Shown one piece after another: positions 16,829-25,892 of a stretch of 64,000 nucleotides of DNA (positions are counted from its first letter, which is position 1; every line of letters starts with the position of its first letter). Below the pieces are notes generated by a model. That model worked only from the letters and a program-made list of their open reading frames with translations, did no database searches and had not been told where the DNA came from. The stretch is from an uncultured Candidatus Saccharibacteria bacterium (GTDB taxonomy: Bacteria > Patescibacteriota > Minisyncoccia > UBA6257 > Colwellbacteraceae), in assembly GCA_964643135.1 (NCBI GenBank), contig CAZXPC010000003.1, positions 6,152 through 70,151 of the forward strand, given 5' to 3'. The position numbers were made by a program, and so were the translations under genes.

Positions 16829-19264
16829 ATGGTCATTTTACTAATTTCATTAATTTTAGCGGCGGCCGTTTTGGCGGGAGTCGTGTTTTTCTTGGTCGGC
16901 AAGAAAAGATTGGTGGCCATGGTCACGAGATCGCTGAACTCGAGATTAATTTCGGTTTCGTTGCCCAAGAATTTGGACAAAGAACAGAAGCCAGACAAAG
17001 AAATAATCGCGCCGATGGAACAGTTCTATAGCGCGCTCGGAAGCTTGCACCTCAAAAAAGAGAAATGGTGGGCGCCGAAGCAATACATTGTTTTTGAACT
17101 GGCGGTGCCTCATATCGGGGAACAGATTTCTTTCTATGTTTCAGCCAGAAGCCGGATCATGGCTGATATTCAAAAACAGATCTACGCTTATTTCCCGAAA
17201 GCACAGATTAGCGAGATTGAAGATTATAATATTTTTAACCCGACCGGAGTTTCGGTTGGATCATTTGTGAAATTAGAGCACTCGAGCTCTTTGCCGGTCA
17301 GAACCTACAAGGAGATGGAGACCGATCCGCTCCGCGAAATTACCAATGCCCTTTCAAAATTAAAAGAAGTGGGGGAGGGCGCGGCTTTGCAGCTGGTTCT
17401 CAGACCTGCGAATAAGAGAAATCGGAGCAAGGGAATGGCGATCGAGCATCTTCTACGCCAAGGTAAAACCGTGGAAGGAGCGATGAAAGAAGTCGAAAGA
17501 GGCATTGTTTCAGGCGTCTTAAGAGAACTTTTTTACCCGACCAAGAAAGAAGAGCCCAAGACGGTGCAGCCGCCGATAAAAGTTTCGGAAGATCTAATCA
17601 AGCAGGTTGAGAATAAAATCTCTAAGCCCCAATTCGATGTGAATATCCGTTTAGCGGCCTCAGCTAAAGAGTATCGTGAGGCGAATGACATTTTGCGTCA
17701 GCTCCAGAACGCCTTTTCGCAGTTTAATAATCCCGCCCTGAATCAGTTCGATATTATTGAGCCCAACCCGCGCTCTTTAAAGAAACTGTTCTTTAATTTT
17801 TCATATCGGATGTTCGATGAAAAGCAAAAAATGATCTTGTCTTCAGATGAATTGACCGGTATTTATCATTTTCCGAACACCAAACTTGAGACGCCGAGAA
17901 TTAGAGAGACCAAGTCTAAAGTTTCGGAACCGCCGGCAGAATTGCCGCGCGAAGGCCTTTTGATCGGTAAAAATATTTATCGCGGCGAGGATCGGCCCAT
18001 ATACATGGCCAAAGACGACCGGCGTCGGCACCTCTATATAATCGGACAAACTGGAACCGGTAAGAGTAAGGAGATTCAGAGCATGATTATCCAGGACATT
18101 AGGAATGGCGAAGGCGTCGGGCTCATTGATCCGCACGGCGACATCGCTGAAGATGTTTTAGGCTTTATACCGGAGGAAAGGTACAAAGACGTTGTTTTGA
18201 TCGATCCTTCTAACCTGGCTATGCCGGTTGGGCTTAATATGCTCGAGTTCGACCCGAAATTCCCTGAGCAAAAAACTTTTGTGATTAACGAGCTCATGAA
18301 TATTTTTGACAAGCTCTACGATTTGAAAGCGACCGGCGGGCCGATCTTTGAGCAATATACCCGCAATGCTTTGCAACTCTTAATGGAATACCCGGAGCGG
18401 GGATACACAATTCTGGAAATCCCGCGCGTTTTGGCTGACAAGGAATTCCGAAAAGGCTTGCTCGCAACATGTACTAATATTTTGGTTAAAGATTTCTGGG
18501 AAAAAGAGGCTGAAAAAGCTGGCGGGGAAGCTTCGCTCCAGAATTTGGTTCCTTACATTACTTCCAAATTCAACGTCTTCTTGGGCAACGACTATATCCG
18601 GCCGATTATCGCCCAGTCCAAGAGCACGATCCACTTCCGCGAAATCATGGATGAGAAAAAAATCTTGATTGTTAATTTGACGAAAGGACGGTTGGGAGAT
18701 ATCAACGCCTCGCTTTTGGGAATGATCGTAATCGGCAAGATATTAAAGGCGGCCTTTTCACGAGTCGACATTAAAGATGAGAATTTGAGGAAAGATCTTT
18801 ATTTGTATATCGACGAGTTCCAAAATTTTGCCACCGATTCGATTGCCACCATTTTATCCGAAGCCCGCAAGTACAGGTTAGATTTGATTATTGGCCACCA
18901 ATTTATTGAGCAACTAAAGAAAGAGATTAAAGATGCGGTTTTCGGTAACGTCGGCAATATCATGGCCCTCCGGGTTGGCGCAACCGATGCAGAATTTCTG
19001 GCCAAGCAATTTGAGCCGGTCTTCGATCAGAACGATTTGGTTAATATTGATAACTATCACGCTTATGTGAAACTTTTGATAAATGGAAAGACCACGAAGC
19101 CTTTCTCGATTGAATTTTATCCTCCGGAAAAGGGCGTTACAGGGTTGGCGGACAATATTAGGAAGCTCTCATCTCTTAAATACGGCCGCGAAAGGGCGGT
19201 AGTCGAGAAAGAAATTATGCTTCGCCTGAGACCCGAGTATAAACCGGCGGAGCCGGGGGTCTAA
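16829..19264 (+). CDS. VirD4/TraD/HerA-like DNA/protein translocase ATPase
   Basis: N-terminal TM; RRHLYIIGQTGTGKS, IDPHGD, LYIDEFQNF, LSEARKY, HQFIEQL. Confidence 0.9.
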   Translation: MVILLISLILAAAVLAGVVFFLVGKKRLVAMVTRSLNSRLISVSLPKNLDKEQKPDKEIIAPMEQFYSALGSLHLKKEKWWAPKQYIVFELAVPHIGEQISFYVSARSRIMADIQKQIYAYFPKAQISEIEDYNIFNPTGVSVGSFVKLEHSSSLPVRTYKEMETDPLREITNALSKLKEVGEGAALQLVLRPANKRNRSKGMAIEHLLRQGKTVEGAMKEVERGIVSGVLRELFYPTKKEEPKTVQPPIKVSEDLIKQVENKISKPQFDVNIRLAASAKEYREANDILRQLQNAFSQFNNPALNQFDIIEPNPRSLKKLFFNFSYRMFDEKQKMILSSDELTGIYHFPNTKLETPRIRETKSKVSEPPAELPREGLLIGKNIYRGEDRPIYMAKDDRRRHLYIIGQTGTGKSKEIQSMIIQDIRNGEGVGLIDPHGDIAEDVLGFIPEERYKDVVLIDPSNLAMPVGLNMLEFDPKFPEQKTFVINELMNIFDKLYDLKATGGPIFEQYTRNALQLLMEYPERGYTILEIPRVLADKEFRKGLLATCTNILVKDFWEKEAEKAGGEASLQNLVPYITSKFNVFLGNDYIRPIIAQSKSTIHFREIMDEKKILIVNLTKGRLGDINASLLGMIVIGKILKAAFSRVDIKDENLRKDLYLYIDEFQNFATDSIATILSEARKYRLDLIIGHQFIEQLKKEIKDAVFGNVGNIMALRVGATDAEFLAKQFEPVFDQNDLVNIDNYHAYVKLLINGKTTKPFSIEFYPPEKGVTGLADNIRKLSSLKYGRERAVVEKEIMLRLRPEYKPAEPGV

Positions 19265-19345
19265 TTCTGTTCCACAGTTTCTCAACATGTGGATAAGGTG
19301 TTTGTTTTCGGTGGATAAAAAATGGCCAATCAGAGAAAGGTTGAT

Positions 19346-19468
19346 TCAATGATTGGCACGGCGCTTTTTCACAATTCCCCAGATCCAGGCGAGGAAAGGG
19401 AAGAGCAGGATGAAGAGTATGCCGCCTATAGCTATGATCGATGCTGGTGGAAGCTGGAGTACGGACAA
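19346..19468 (-). CDS. 40-aa single-TM peptide (not in ORF track)
   Basis: TTG start: MSVLQLPPASIIAIGGILFILLFPFLAWIWGIVKKRRANH; promoter TTGACT(19535-19540)-17-TAATCT; hairpin plus U-tract at 3' end. Confidence 0.55.
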   Translation of the reverse strand: MSVLQLPPASIIAIGGILFILLFPFLAWIWGIVKKRRANH

Positions 19469-19618
19469 CGCGACTATTTCGATCCCATCTGCCTAATTTC
19501 AGGCACGGGTCAGATTACTCAATTTTTATGAGGCAGTCAACATTCAGGTTCCCCATCTTAAATTGCTTTAATGACGGACGCATTGTAGATTTATATTCAT
19601 AAACCTTATTGAAAGAAT

Positions 19619-20422
19619 ATGAAAATAAGTTATGTAATTCCAGCACGTAACGAAGAGGCGCGCATCGGTAAATGTCTGGAGTCGATTGTTGCTCATATTA
19701 AGAAATATCCGCATGACGCCGAGATTATTGTGGTCAGTTCAAGCACGGACAAAACCAAGGAGATCGCGCTCAGTTTTCCGGGCGTAAAAGTTATTGACGA
19801 GAGAAGAAAAGGTGTGGCCCGGGCCAGGGACACCGGCTACCGCGCCAGCACCGGAGATCTTATAGCCGGTATCGATGCGGATATCATTATGATGGACGGC
19901 TGGGTGGAAAAAGTTTTGGGTTTTTTTAAAGCCGACCAGAAACTCGTGGCTTTGAGCGGCCCGCACATATTTTATGATATGCCGAAAAGGATCCAGGCGG
20001 TGGCCAACATTTTTTACGGCATGGGCGTGACGGTTGATTTTATCAATCAGGCTCTGTTTCAAGTTGGCTCACTGCTCCAGGGAGGGAATTTCGTGGTTAG
20101 AAGGACGGCGTTGGATAAGATCAACGGCTGGAATACTGAATTTGTTTTTTACGGAGAGGATATCGATCTGGGCCGGCGCTTGAGCGCAGTCGGGAAAGTT
20201 AAATTCACATTTGATCTGCCGATCTACGCTTCCGGCCGGCGGGTTGCGGCGGAAGGGGTTGTAGTGATGGGCATGAAGTACGGAATTAATTTTATTTGGA
20301 CCACTTTTTTCAAGAAACCATTTTCAAAGGAATCGATCGCGATCCGGCCCGAGATGGTCAAAAAATTAGATCTCAAAAAGGCTAAGGAATACGTTAAAAA
20401 AGGCAGGAAGCAGGAGTTTTAA
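19619..20422 (+). CDS. Glycosyltransferase family 2
   Basis: ISYVIPARNEE, IDAD, GGNF, EDIDL. Confidence 0.92.
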   Translation: MKISYVIPARNEEARIGKCLESIVAHIKKYPHDAEIIVVSSSTDKTKEIALSFPGVKVIDERRKGVARARDTGYRASTGDLIAGIDADIIMMDGWVEKVLGFFKADQKLVALSGPHIFYDMPKRIQAVANIFYGMGVTVDFINQALFQVGSLLQGGNFVVRRTALDKINGWNTEFVFYGEDIDLGRRLSAVGKVKFTFDLPIYASGRRVAAEGVVVMGMKYGINFIWTTFFKKPFSKESIAIRPEMVKKLDLKKAKEYVKKGRKQEF

Positions 20423-21132
20423 CGAATAGCTGTCCACTCTTTAGAAATAGAACGGCGGAAGAATTGAACTGATGCTCCTTCGAGCATGCCGGTCAGGAGG
20501 ACTCTGGCCCAACCCAATCTTTTTTGCCGCCGCGGTTCGTGCAAAATCTCTAGAGATAATTCGCTATGGGTGCGTCCGATTTTGGCCAGGCGGATAAACA
20601 TATCTTGATCCTCGCAAACAACAATTTTTTCATTATAGCCGCCGATTTTTTTGAAAGCGCTGGCCCGAATCATTTGAAATTTGCCGAGCGCGCTGCCCCA
20701 ATGCAGAAAATTATTCATAATCGCGTAGTAGCTGTTAGTCAGCCAGAAGGAGAATCTGATCCCGGCTGTTAGATCTTTAGGATAAACCCCTATTTTGACG
20801 GTGGCTCCGACTAGATTAGGATCTTCGGCGAAGAGAGAGGTTAGTTTGGCAAAAAAAGCGGGCGGATTCGGTATTTCAATACCGGCGTCGGCAAAAACGA
20901 GAAGATCTCCGCGCGCCGCTGCCGCGCCCGCGTTTCGGCCGCGCGCTATGGTGCTTCTTGGTTCAATAACCACTTTGTCCGCTAAAGGTTTGGCGAGAAT
21001 CGGCGTTTTGTCCGTGCTTTGATCTGAAACAATGATTTCGTATTCGCCGGTTGGGGGATTGTCGCGCAGCCTCTTTAGCATTGATTCGATAACTTTTTCT
21101 TCGTTGTAGGTGGGTATAATGATTGAGAGCAT
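20419..21132 (-). CDS. Glycosyltransferase family 2
   Basis: LSIIIPTYNEE, GRNAGA, GGYNE...EDQD. Confidence 0.9.
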   Translation of the reverse strand: MLSIIIPTYNEEKVIESMLKRLRDNPPTGEYEIIVSDQSTDKTPILAKPLADKVVIEPRSTIARGRNAGAAAARGDLLVFADAGIEIPNPPAFFAKLTSLFAEDPNLVGATVKIGVYPKDLTAGIRFSFWLTNSYYAIMNNFLHWGSALGKFQMIRASAFKKIGGYNEKIVVCEDQDMFIRLAKIGRTHSELSLEILHEPRRQKRLGWARVLLTGMLEGASVQFFRRSISKEWTAIR

Positions 21133-21139
21133 TCTCTAA

Positions 21140-21793
21140 TTATAGCTTAAAATAAGAATTTTGCGGGCTAGGATGAGGCTCGTCTAAGAAAAGCAGGCTC
21201 TCCGGAGATTCTCGTTCGAGGCTGTTTCCTTCAGGCGTTGATTTGGTATAAGCGACAGTTCCGACGTTTGCACCCTCAGGGTTAACGAGATAAATTACGG
21301 CCCCGTCGTTAGGAAGAGGCGCCGATCTTTTAACATCGGCGTTAGGAGAGGCGGAGTAACCGTTAAAACCGATTAAAAAGAAGCCGTGGTTTTTGATGGA
21401 GGTTAGATCTGCTTTGCCGCCGCCGATTTTGGCGAGCGATGTGCCGCTGCCGCCCGTGGCCAGAATTCGCAGGGACCAGCCGGTTAGATCAACCATGATA
21501 TCGTTGGGGTTGTAGAGCTCGATAAACTCTTGGCCCGCATCGCCCCCGGCCGGATTAAAGAGGATTTCATTAATTATGATATTCTTCGGCGGATTTATCT
21601 TTTTGGGTTTTTGAACTGGGAGAATTTTGGTTTTCGACGGTAGTTTGGGCGAAGTTGGCAAAGTTTGAGTCGAAGACTTGTTTTGAGGCTGGTTTTTAGG
21701 TTCGGCCGGACCTAAGAAAATTGCAACCATCAGAAAAATTAACCCGGCTGTTAAAATTAATAGATATTTTCCGAGCTGCTGCATTGAGCGCAA
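21140..21793 (-). CDS. Membrane-anchored lamin tail domain protein
   Basis: IIINEILFNP...EFIELYNP...VDLTGWSL, SLER, PSP. Confidence 0.85.
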   Translation of the reverse strand: MRSMQQLGKYLLILTAGLIFLMVAIFLGPAEPKNQPQNKSSTQTLPTSPKLPSKTKILPVQKPKKINPPKNIIINEILFNPAGGDAGQEFIELYNPNDIMVDLTGWSLRILATGGSGTSLAKIGGGKADLTSIKNHGFFLIGFNGYSASPNADVKRSAPLPNDGAVIYLVNPEGANVGTVAYTKSTPEGNSLERESPESLLFLDEPHPSPQNSYFKL

Positions 21794-21867
21794 TCTATCA
21801 CTGATTAGTCCTTTAAACTAATTTCTTGGCGAAGAGGCCTTCATTATTTTTTCATCACTTCTGGGAG

Positions 21868-22785
21868 CTAGAGCTTGGCGAGGTAGTCCTGGATATTCAG
21901 AACCGCTTTCACAGCATCACCGGCGGAAATGTTGTTTTGTTTATAGAGTACGTCTGAGGCGTCGCCGGCCGCCCAAATTCCTGCGAGAGAAGACTGCTGA
22001 GTCTTGTGGTCGACGATGATTTCCCCAATAGTGTTGAGCTTGACCAGATCTTTCACAAAGCCGGTATTCGGTATGGCGCCGATCTCAACAAAGACGCCGT
22101 CGAGGCTGATTTCACCAACTTCGCCAGTTTTAAGATTTTTATATTTTAAACCAGTGACAAATTTGTCGCCGACGATTTCTTGCGTATCGATATTGACCAT
22201 GATCGTAACTTTCGGATCTTTTTTAACTTTTTCAAAGGTAATCAGGTCTCCTTTGCAAGCTTCACCGCGTTCGATCAAATAAATTTTGGAGGCATACATC
22301 TGGAGATCAAGAACCGATTCCAGGCCGGCATTGCCGCCGCCAATGACCGCCACCGTTTTATCTTTAAAAAGCGGCGCGTCACACGTGGCGCAATAGGCGA
22401 CGCCCTTGCCGTCGAATTCTTTTTCACCCGGAACTTTAAGTTTTCGGCGGCTCGAGCCGGTTGTAATCAAAATTGTTTTGGTTTCAAAGACTTTGCTGGA
22501 GGTCGTAGTAACTTTGAAGTTATTCTCTATTTTTTCTAATTTTTCGGCGCGGTCGCCGTCGATTATTTCGATGCCTTCTTGGGCGCGCAGGTGCTCTTCC
22601 AAGTTTTTAGCTAGGTCCAAGCCGGAAATAGATTTGGTACCAATCCAATTTTGGACGTCAGCCGACACAATCGATTGGCCGCCGAAGGTTTCAGTGATGA
22701 GCGCTACCTTAAATTTTTTTCGAGCGGCGTAGACGCCGGCCGCAACTCCCGCCGGCCCTCCGCCGATAATAATTAAGTCGTACAT
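21868..22785 (-). CDS. trxB: Thioredoxin reductase-like FAD oxidoreductase
   Basis: GGGPAG, CATCD, GGGNAG, AAGD. Confidence 0.9.
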   Translation of the reverse strand: MYDLIIIGGGPAGVAAGVYAARKKFKVALITETFGGQSIVSADVQNWIGTKSISGLDLAKNLEEHLRAQEGIEIIDGDRAEKLEKIENNFKVTTTSSKVFETKTILITTGSSRRKLKVPGEKEFDGKGVAYCATCDAPLFKDKTVAVIGGGNAGLESVLDLQMYASKIYLIERGEACKGDLITFEKVKKDPKVTIMVNIDTQEIVGDKFVTGLKYKNLKTGEVGEISLDGVFVEIGAIPNTGFVKDLVKLNTIGEIIVDHKTQQSSLAGIWAAGDASDVLYKQNNISAGDAVKAVLNIQDYLAKL

Positions 22786-22802
22786 AAAACAGTTAAATCG
22801 AG

Positions 22803-23033
22803 CTATTTCTTTCCGAGAGCTTTCTCAACTTGCATTTTATTGAAGCCGATCACGATTGTGCCGTTCACATCAATCACTGGTACGCCCATCTGGCCGGATT
22901 TGCGGATCATTTCTTCGCGCGCGGCATCGTCAAGCACGACGTTGACCTCGCTATACTCAATGTTATTAGCTTTGAAGTATTCTTTAGCCAATTTGCAGTA
23001 GACGCACGAAGGAGTTGTGTAAATTTTTACCAT
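22803..23033 (-). CDS. Glutaredoxin/NrdH-like protein
   Basis: YTTPSCVYC, GQMGVPVIDV, GF; ATG at 23033. Confidence 0.92.
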   Translation of the reverse strand: MVKIYTTPSCVYCKLAKEYFKANNIEYSEVNVVLDDAAREEMIRKSGQMGVPVIDVNGTIVIGFNKMQVEKALGKK

Positions 23034-23147
23034 AAATTTATCTTTAAATATTATTCTTAATGTTATGCCTCGCATATTTAAAAGTCAAAAAACAATATTT
23101 TGACTTTAGTTGGGAAATTGGTTTAAATCCATAATGGAGAAACCGGA

Positions 23148-23369
23148 ATGGCTGAAGAGCTGATCCTAGTCTTGGAAAGGGCGGTTGAGATGCTCGATAT
23201 CGAGGACGAGAACGACCGGAAGCAAATGCCCCCCGGCCGCTACGAAGTCCAGCGGCGCCCCAATCCCCACGGCCGCGACGCCAATTGGGTCGTCATCAAG
23301 GGCACGACAACCGGCGCCGCAGAGAACCACTTCCGGCACATGGCTGGAGTTAGGTTCGAAGAACCTTAA
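23148..23369 (+). CDS. 73-aa orphan protein, GC-rich cassette
   Basis: C/G-ending codons, GGAG 8 nt upstream, terminator GAGGCC-TTCCC-GGCCTC-TTTCTTTTT. Confidence 0.72.
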   Translation: MAEELILVLERAVEMLDIEDENDRKQMPPGRYEVQRRPNPHGRDANWVVIKGTTTGAAENHFRHMAGVRFEEP

Positions 23370-23456
23370 CCCTTTTCTCTTATGAGGCCTTCCCGGCCTC
23401 TTTCTTTTTGAAGAGCGAATTGTAATAAAGTTCTCTCGAAGGTAGTATGTTTAATA

Positions 23457-24929
23457 ATGGACGAGCTAAACGAAAGCCAGGATATTCAGGCGGAACTTCG
23501 CAGCCACAAAAAAGTTATTCGTAAGAATGCTTTGTGGCTCTTTTTCGGAGAGATGATCGGACGGGTGTTCCGTCTGGCGGTCACGATCTTGCCGGCCAAG
23601 TTGATTTCGAAAGAAAGTTGGGGCGGGTTTAACTATGTGCTCAGCGTAGTGACGCTTCTAACTGCTCTGGCTGATATCGGAATAAGCGTTTTGATCACAC
23701 GCGAGGCCAATAAACATCCCGAGTCTAAAAAGCAGTATCTCTCGACCGCCTTTTTTATCAAGCTGGGGCTGATAACTGCTCTCGGAATTGTTTTCGCTGT
23801 TATCTCTAATGTTTTTGCGGATGATCCGGAGATAAAGGTGCTGGCGCCTTTAATGCTTTTTATATTCGTTTTCGATTCGCTTCGGGATTTTGGCACCGCT
23901 ATCGCTCGGGCCAACGAGAGAATGGAAAAAGAGGGACTAAACGATATCATGACCAATGTCTTTATCGCGAGTTTTGGACTGCTTTTCCTATATCTCAATC
24001 CGAGCGCATTTAGTATCGCCTTAGCCTACGCGATCGGCACAGGCTTAGGGCTTATAAGCATCGCTCTTGCCGTTCGGGAAGATATTAAATATTTATTCCA
24101 TAATTTTAATCGCAGCCTAATGAAGCACATCGCTCTCTCGGCTTGGCCGTTCGGCGCCCTGGGCCTCATGGGGATTCTGATGGTCAACACCGATGTCTTT
24201 ATCATTAAATGGCTGCTTTCATTAAAGGAAGTTGCGCTTTATGCCGCGCCGCAAAAATTAATTCAGGTTTTGTACATCATTCCGGGTTTTGTGAGTTCCG
24301 CTTTTTTCCCGGCCTTAGCCAAATATACCAAAGAACCGGCGAAATTTAGGCACCTCTTCGAAAATGCCCTGTCGGTAGTGATGATGATCGCTGTCCCGTT
24401 AGCTTTTGGGTCGATTGTATTGGCGACTCCCATTATCAATTTTCTTTATAACTCCAGTTTTTATGCATCTGTCTTAACCTTCCGGATATTGGCCCTAACT
24501 ATTATTTCGGTCGCTATGTCGGTGGCGATTAGTAATGTTATTTATGCTCACGGTCGCGAAAAGGGATACATTTTAGTTTCTTTTATAGGTATTTTTGGAA
24601 ATCTTTTTCTGGACTTGCTGCTGATACCCAAATGGGGCATCGCTGGTTCTGCGGTGGCTACATTGATCAGCCAGATTTTTATTAATACCTACGCTTTTTA
24701 TAAAGCCAAACAGCTGGTGACCTTCAGAATCTTGGGCCGCGCCGCCAAAATATTTCTAGCTGCCCTGCTTATGAGCGTTTTGGCCTATATGATGAACCAT
24801 CTCGGAGTTAATTTAATTATTAACGTGATCTTGTCCGCCATGGCTTATATCTGCTGGCTGATTCTTCTCAAAGAGGAGTCTCTGAGGGATTTCTGGGGCC
24901 TCACCGCCCGGGGCGGGGGCAAGAGTTGA
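23457..24929 (+). CDS. Polysaccharide flippase (Wzx/MOP family)
   Basis: About 13 TM helices, ADIG, LLIPKWGIAGSAVAT. Confidence 0.9.
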   Translation: MDELNESQDIQAELRSHKKVIRKNALWLFFGEMIGRVFRLAVTILPAKLISKESWGGFNYVLSVVTLLTALADIGISVLITREANKHPESKKQYLSTAFFIKLGLITALGIVFAVISNVFADDPEIKVLAPLMLFIFVFDSLRDFGTAIARANERMEKEGLNDIMTNVFIASFGLLFLYLNPSAFSIALAYAIGTGLGLISIALAVREDIKYLFHNFNRSLMKHIALSAWPFGALGLMGILMVNTDVFIIKWLLSLKEVALYAAPQKLIQVLYIIPGFVSSAFFPALAKYTKEPAKFRHLFENALSVVMMIAVPLAFGSIVLATPIINFLYNSSFYASVLTFRILALTIISVAMSVAISNVIYAHGREKGYILVSFIGIFGNLFLDLLLIPKWGIAGSAVATLISQIFINTYAFYKAKQLVTFRILGRAAKIFLAALLMSVLAYMMNHLGVNLIINVILSAMAYICWLILLKEESLRDFWGLTARGGGKS

Positions 24930-24997
24930 TGAATTTATGTTTTTGCTCTATGATAAATGGATTCTTAGTCGTATAAAAATATAAATATTTTAAAAAT

Positions 24998-25468
24998 ATG
25001 TTGGGAAGAAAATCTGTAGGAATGGTGCTCGCTCTTTTAGCCGCGGCCGGCGTGGTCTCGGTAATTGTAGCTTCGATCATTATGCCTCAATCGTTTGCCA
25101 GGCCGTATTGGGTTATTCAGACCCCGTCGACAGTTTATATAGCTCAAATCCACAGCAGCCCATTTTCGCCTTTTTTGGCGCTGAATAATGTTTATATTTA
25201 TGTTGAACAGCAAGACACCAACAAACAAGTCCACCAGTCCTTAAACCCGATTGATCCGAATGCTCTCTGGGGATCTCACCGGATTTATTTAAACCGCGAT
25301 CAAGTTGTTTTCAAAACCGCGGTTGAAAAGAATAGCCAAATTTACGCGACCCTTTGCGGCCAGGCCGATGCCTCTCTGAGGCCAGCCGGATGTCCCGCAC
25401 CGGTTCCGCAGCCTCAACCAGCCCCAGCTGCTCCAGCTCCAGCTCCAACGCCAGCCCCAGCTAAGTAG
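24998..25468 (+). CDS. Membrane-anchored hypothetical protein with Pro/Ala tail
   Basis: N-terminal TM, LNNVYIY, LNRDQVVF; followed by terminator. Confidence 0.7.
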   Translation: MLGRKSVGMVLALLAAAGVVSVIVASIIMPQSFARPYWVIQTPSTVYIAQIHSSPFSPFLALNNVYIYVEQQDTNKQVHQSLNPIDPNALWGSHRIYLNRDQVVFKTAVEKNSQIYATLCGQADASLRPAGCPAPVPQPQPAPAAPAPAPTPAPAK

Positions 25469-25475
25469 TCAAAGA

Positions 25476-25505
25476 AAAATTCCCGAGATCAAACTCGGGA
25501 ATTTT
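25476..25505 (+). terminator. Intrinsic terminator
   Basis: AAAATTCCCGAG-ATCAAA-CTCGGGAATTTT. Confidence 0.8.
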
Positions 25506-25514
25506 ATTTGTAAA

Positions 25515-25692
25515 AAATAAAACTGCGGACGCGTCAGCCCTTCCTAATCCTCACTGGAGAGAAGTCTCTAACCGGCGGGAACCAGTCGGATTTTTTAGTG
25601 AGGTTCGGATGGACGAGATCGCTGTTAATCCTGTCTCGCGGGCTGGGCAACGGGTGATCGCCCTGATAGCCTCGCTGGACGCGGCCGCAGTG
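25515..25692 (-). ncRNA. Putative ~175-nt multibranched structured ncRNA
   Basis: Promoter TTGACT(25721-25726)-17-GAGAAT; 5' and 3' ends pair (ACTGCGGCCGCGTCCAGC / GCTGACGCGTCCGCAGT), followed by a U-rich tract; no long ORF. Confidence 0.6.
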
Positions 25693-25799
25693 GCACTATT
25701 CTCACACAAGATTTATTTTGAGTCAAATTTGAGGCTAGCGCATGCGCCGTAAATCCTTGTAATCTCAGAATAGCGAATGGTAGTATTCATGAATACTCA

Positions 25800-25870
25800 G
25801 GGGGTATAGTTTAGTGGTAAAACTTTCGTCTTATACACGAATAAGCTTGGTTCGATTCCAAGTACCCCCA
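25800..25870 (+). tRNA. tRNA-Ile(TAT)
   Basis: Cloverleaf GGGGGTA/TACCCCC; anticodon arm TTCGT-CTTATAC-ACGAA. Confidence 0.88.
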
Positions 25871-25892
25871 CTGCTCGCATCAAATCCTAATT

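Noticed and set aside
19322-19531. Plus-strand 69-aa ORF
   Set aside because: Promoter, terminator and a sensible TM peptide are all on the minus strand
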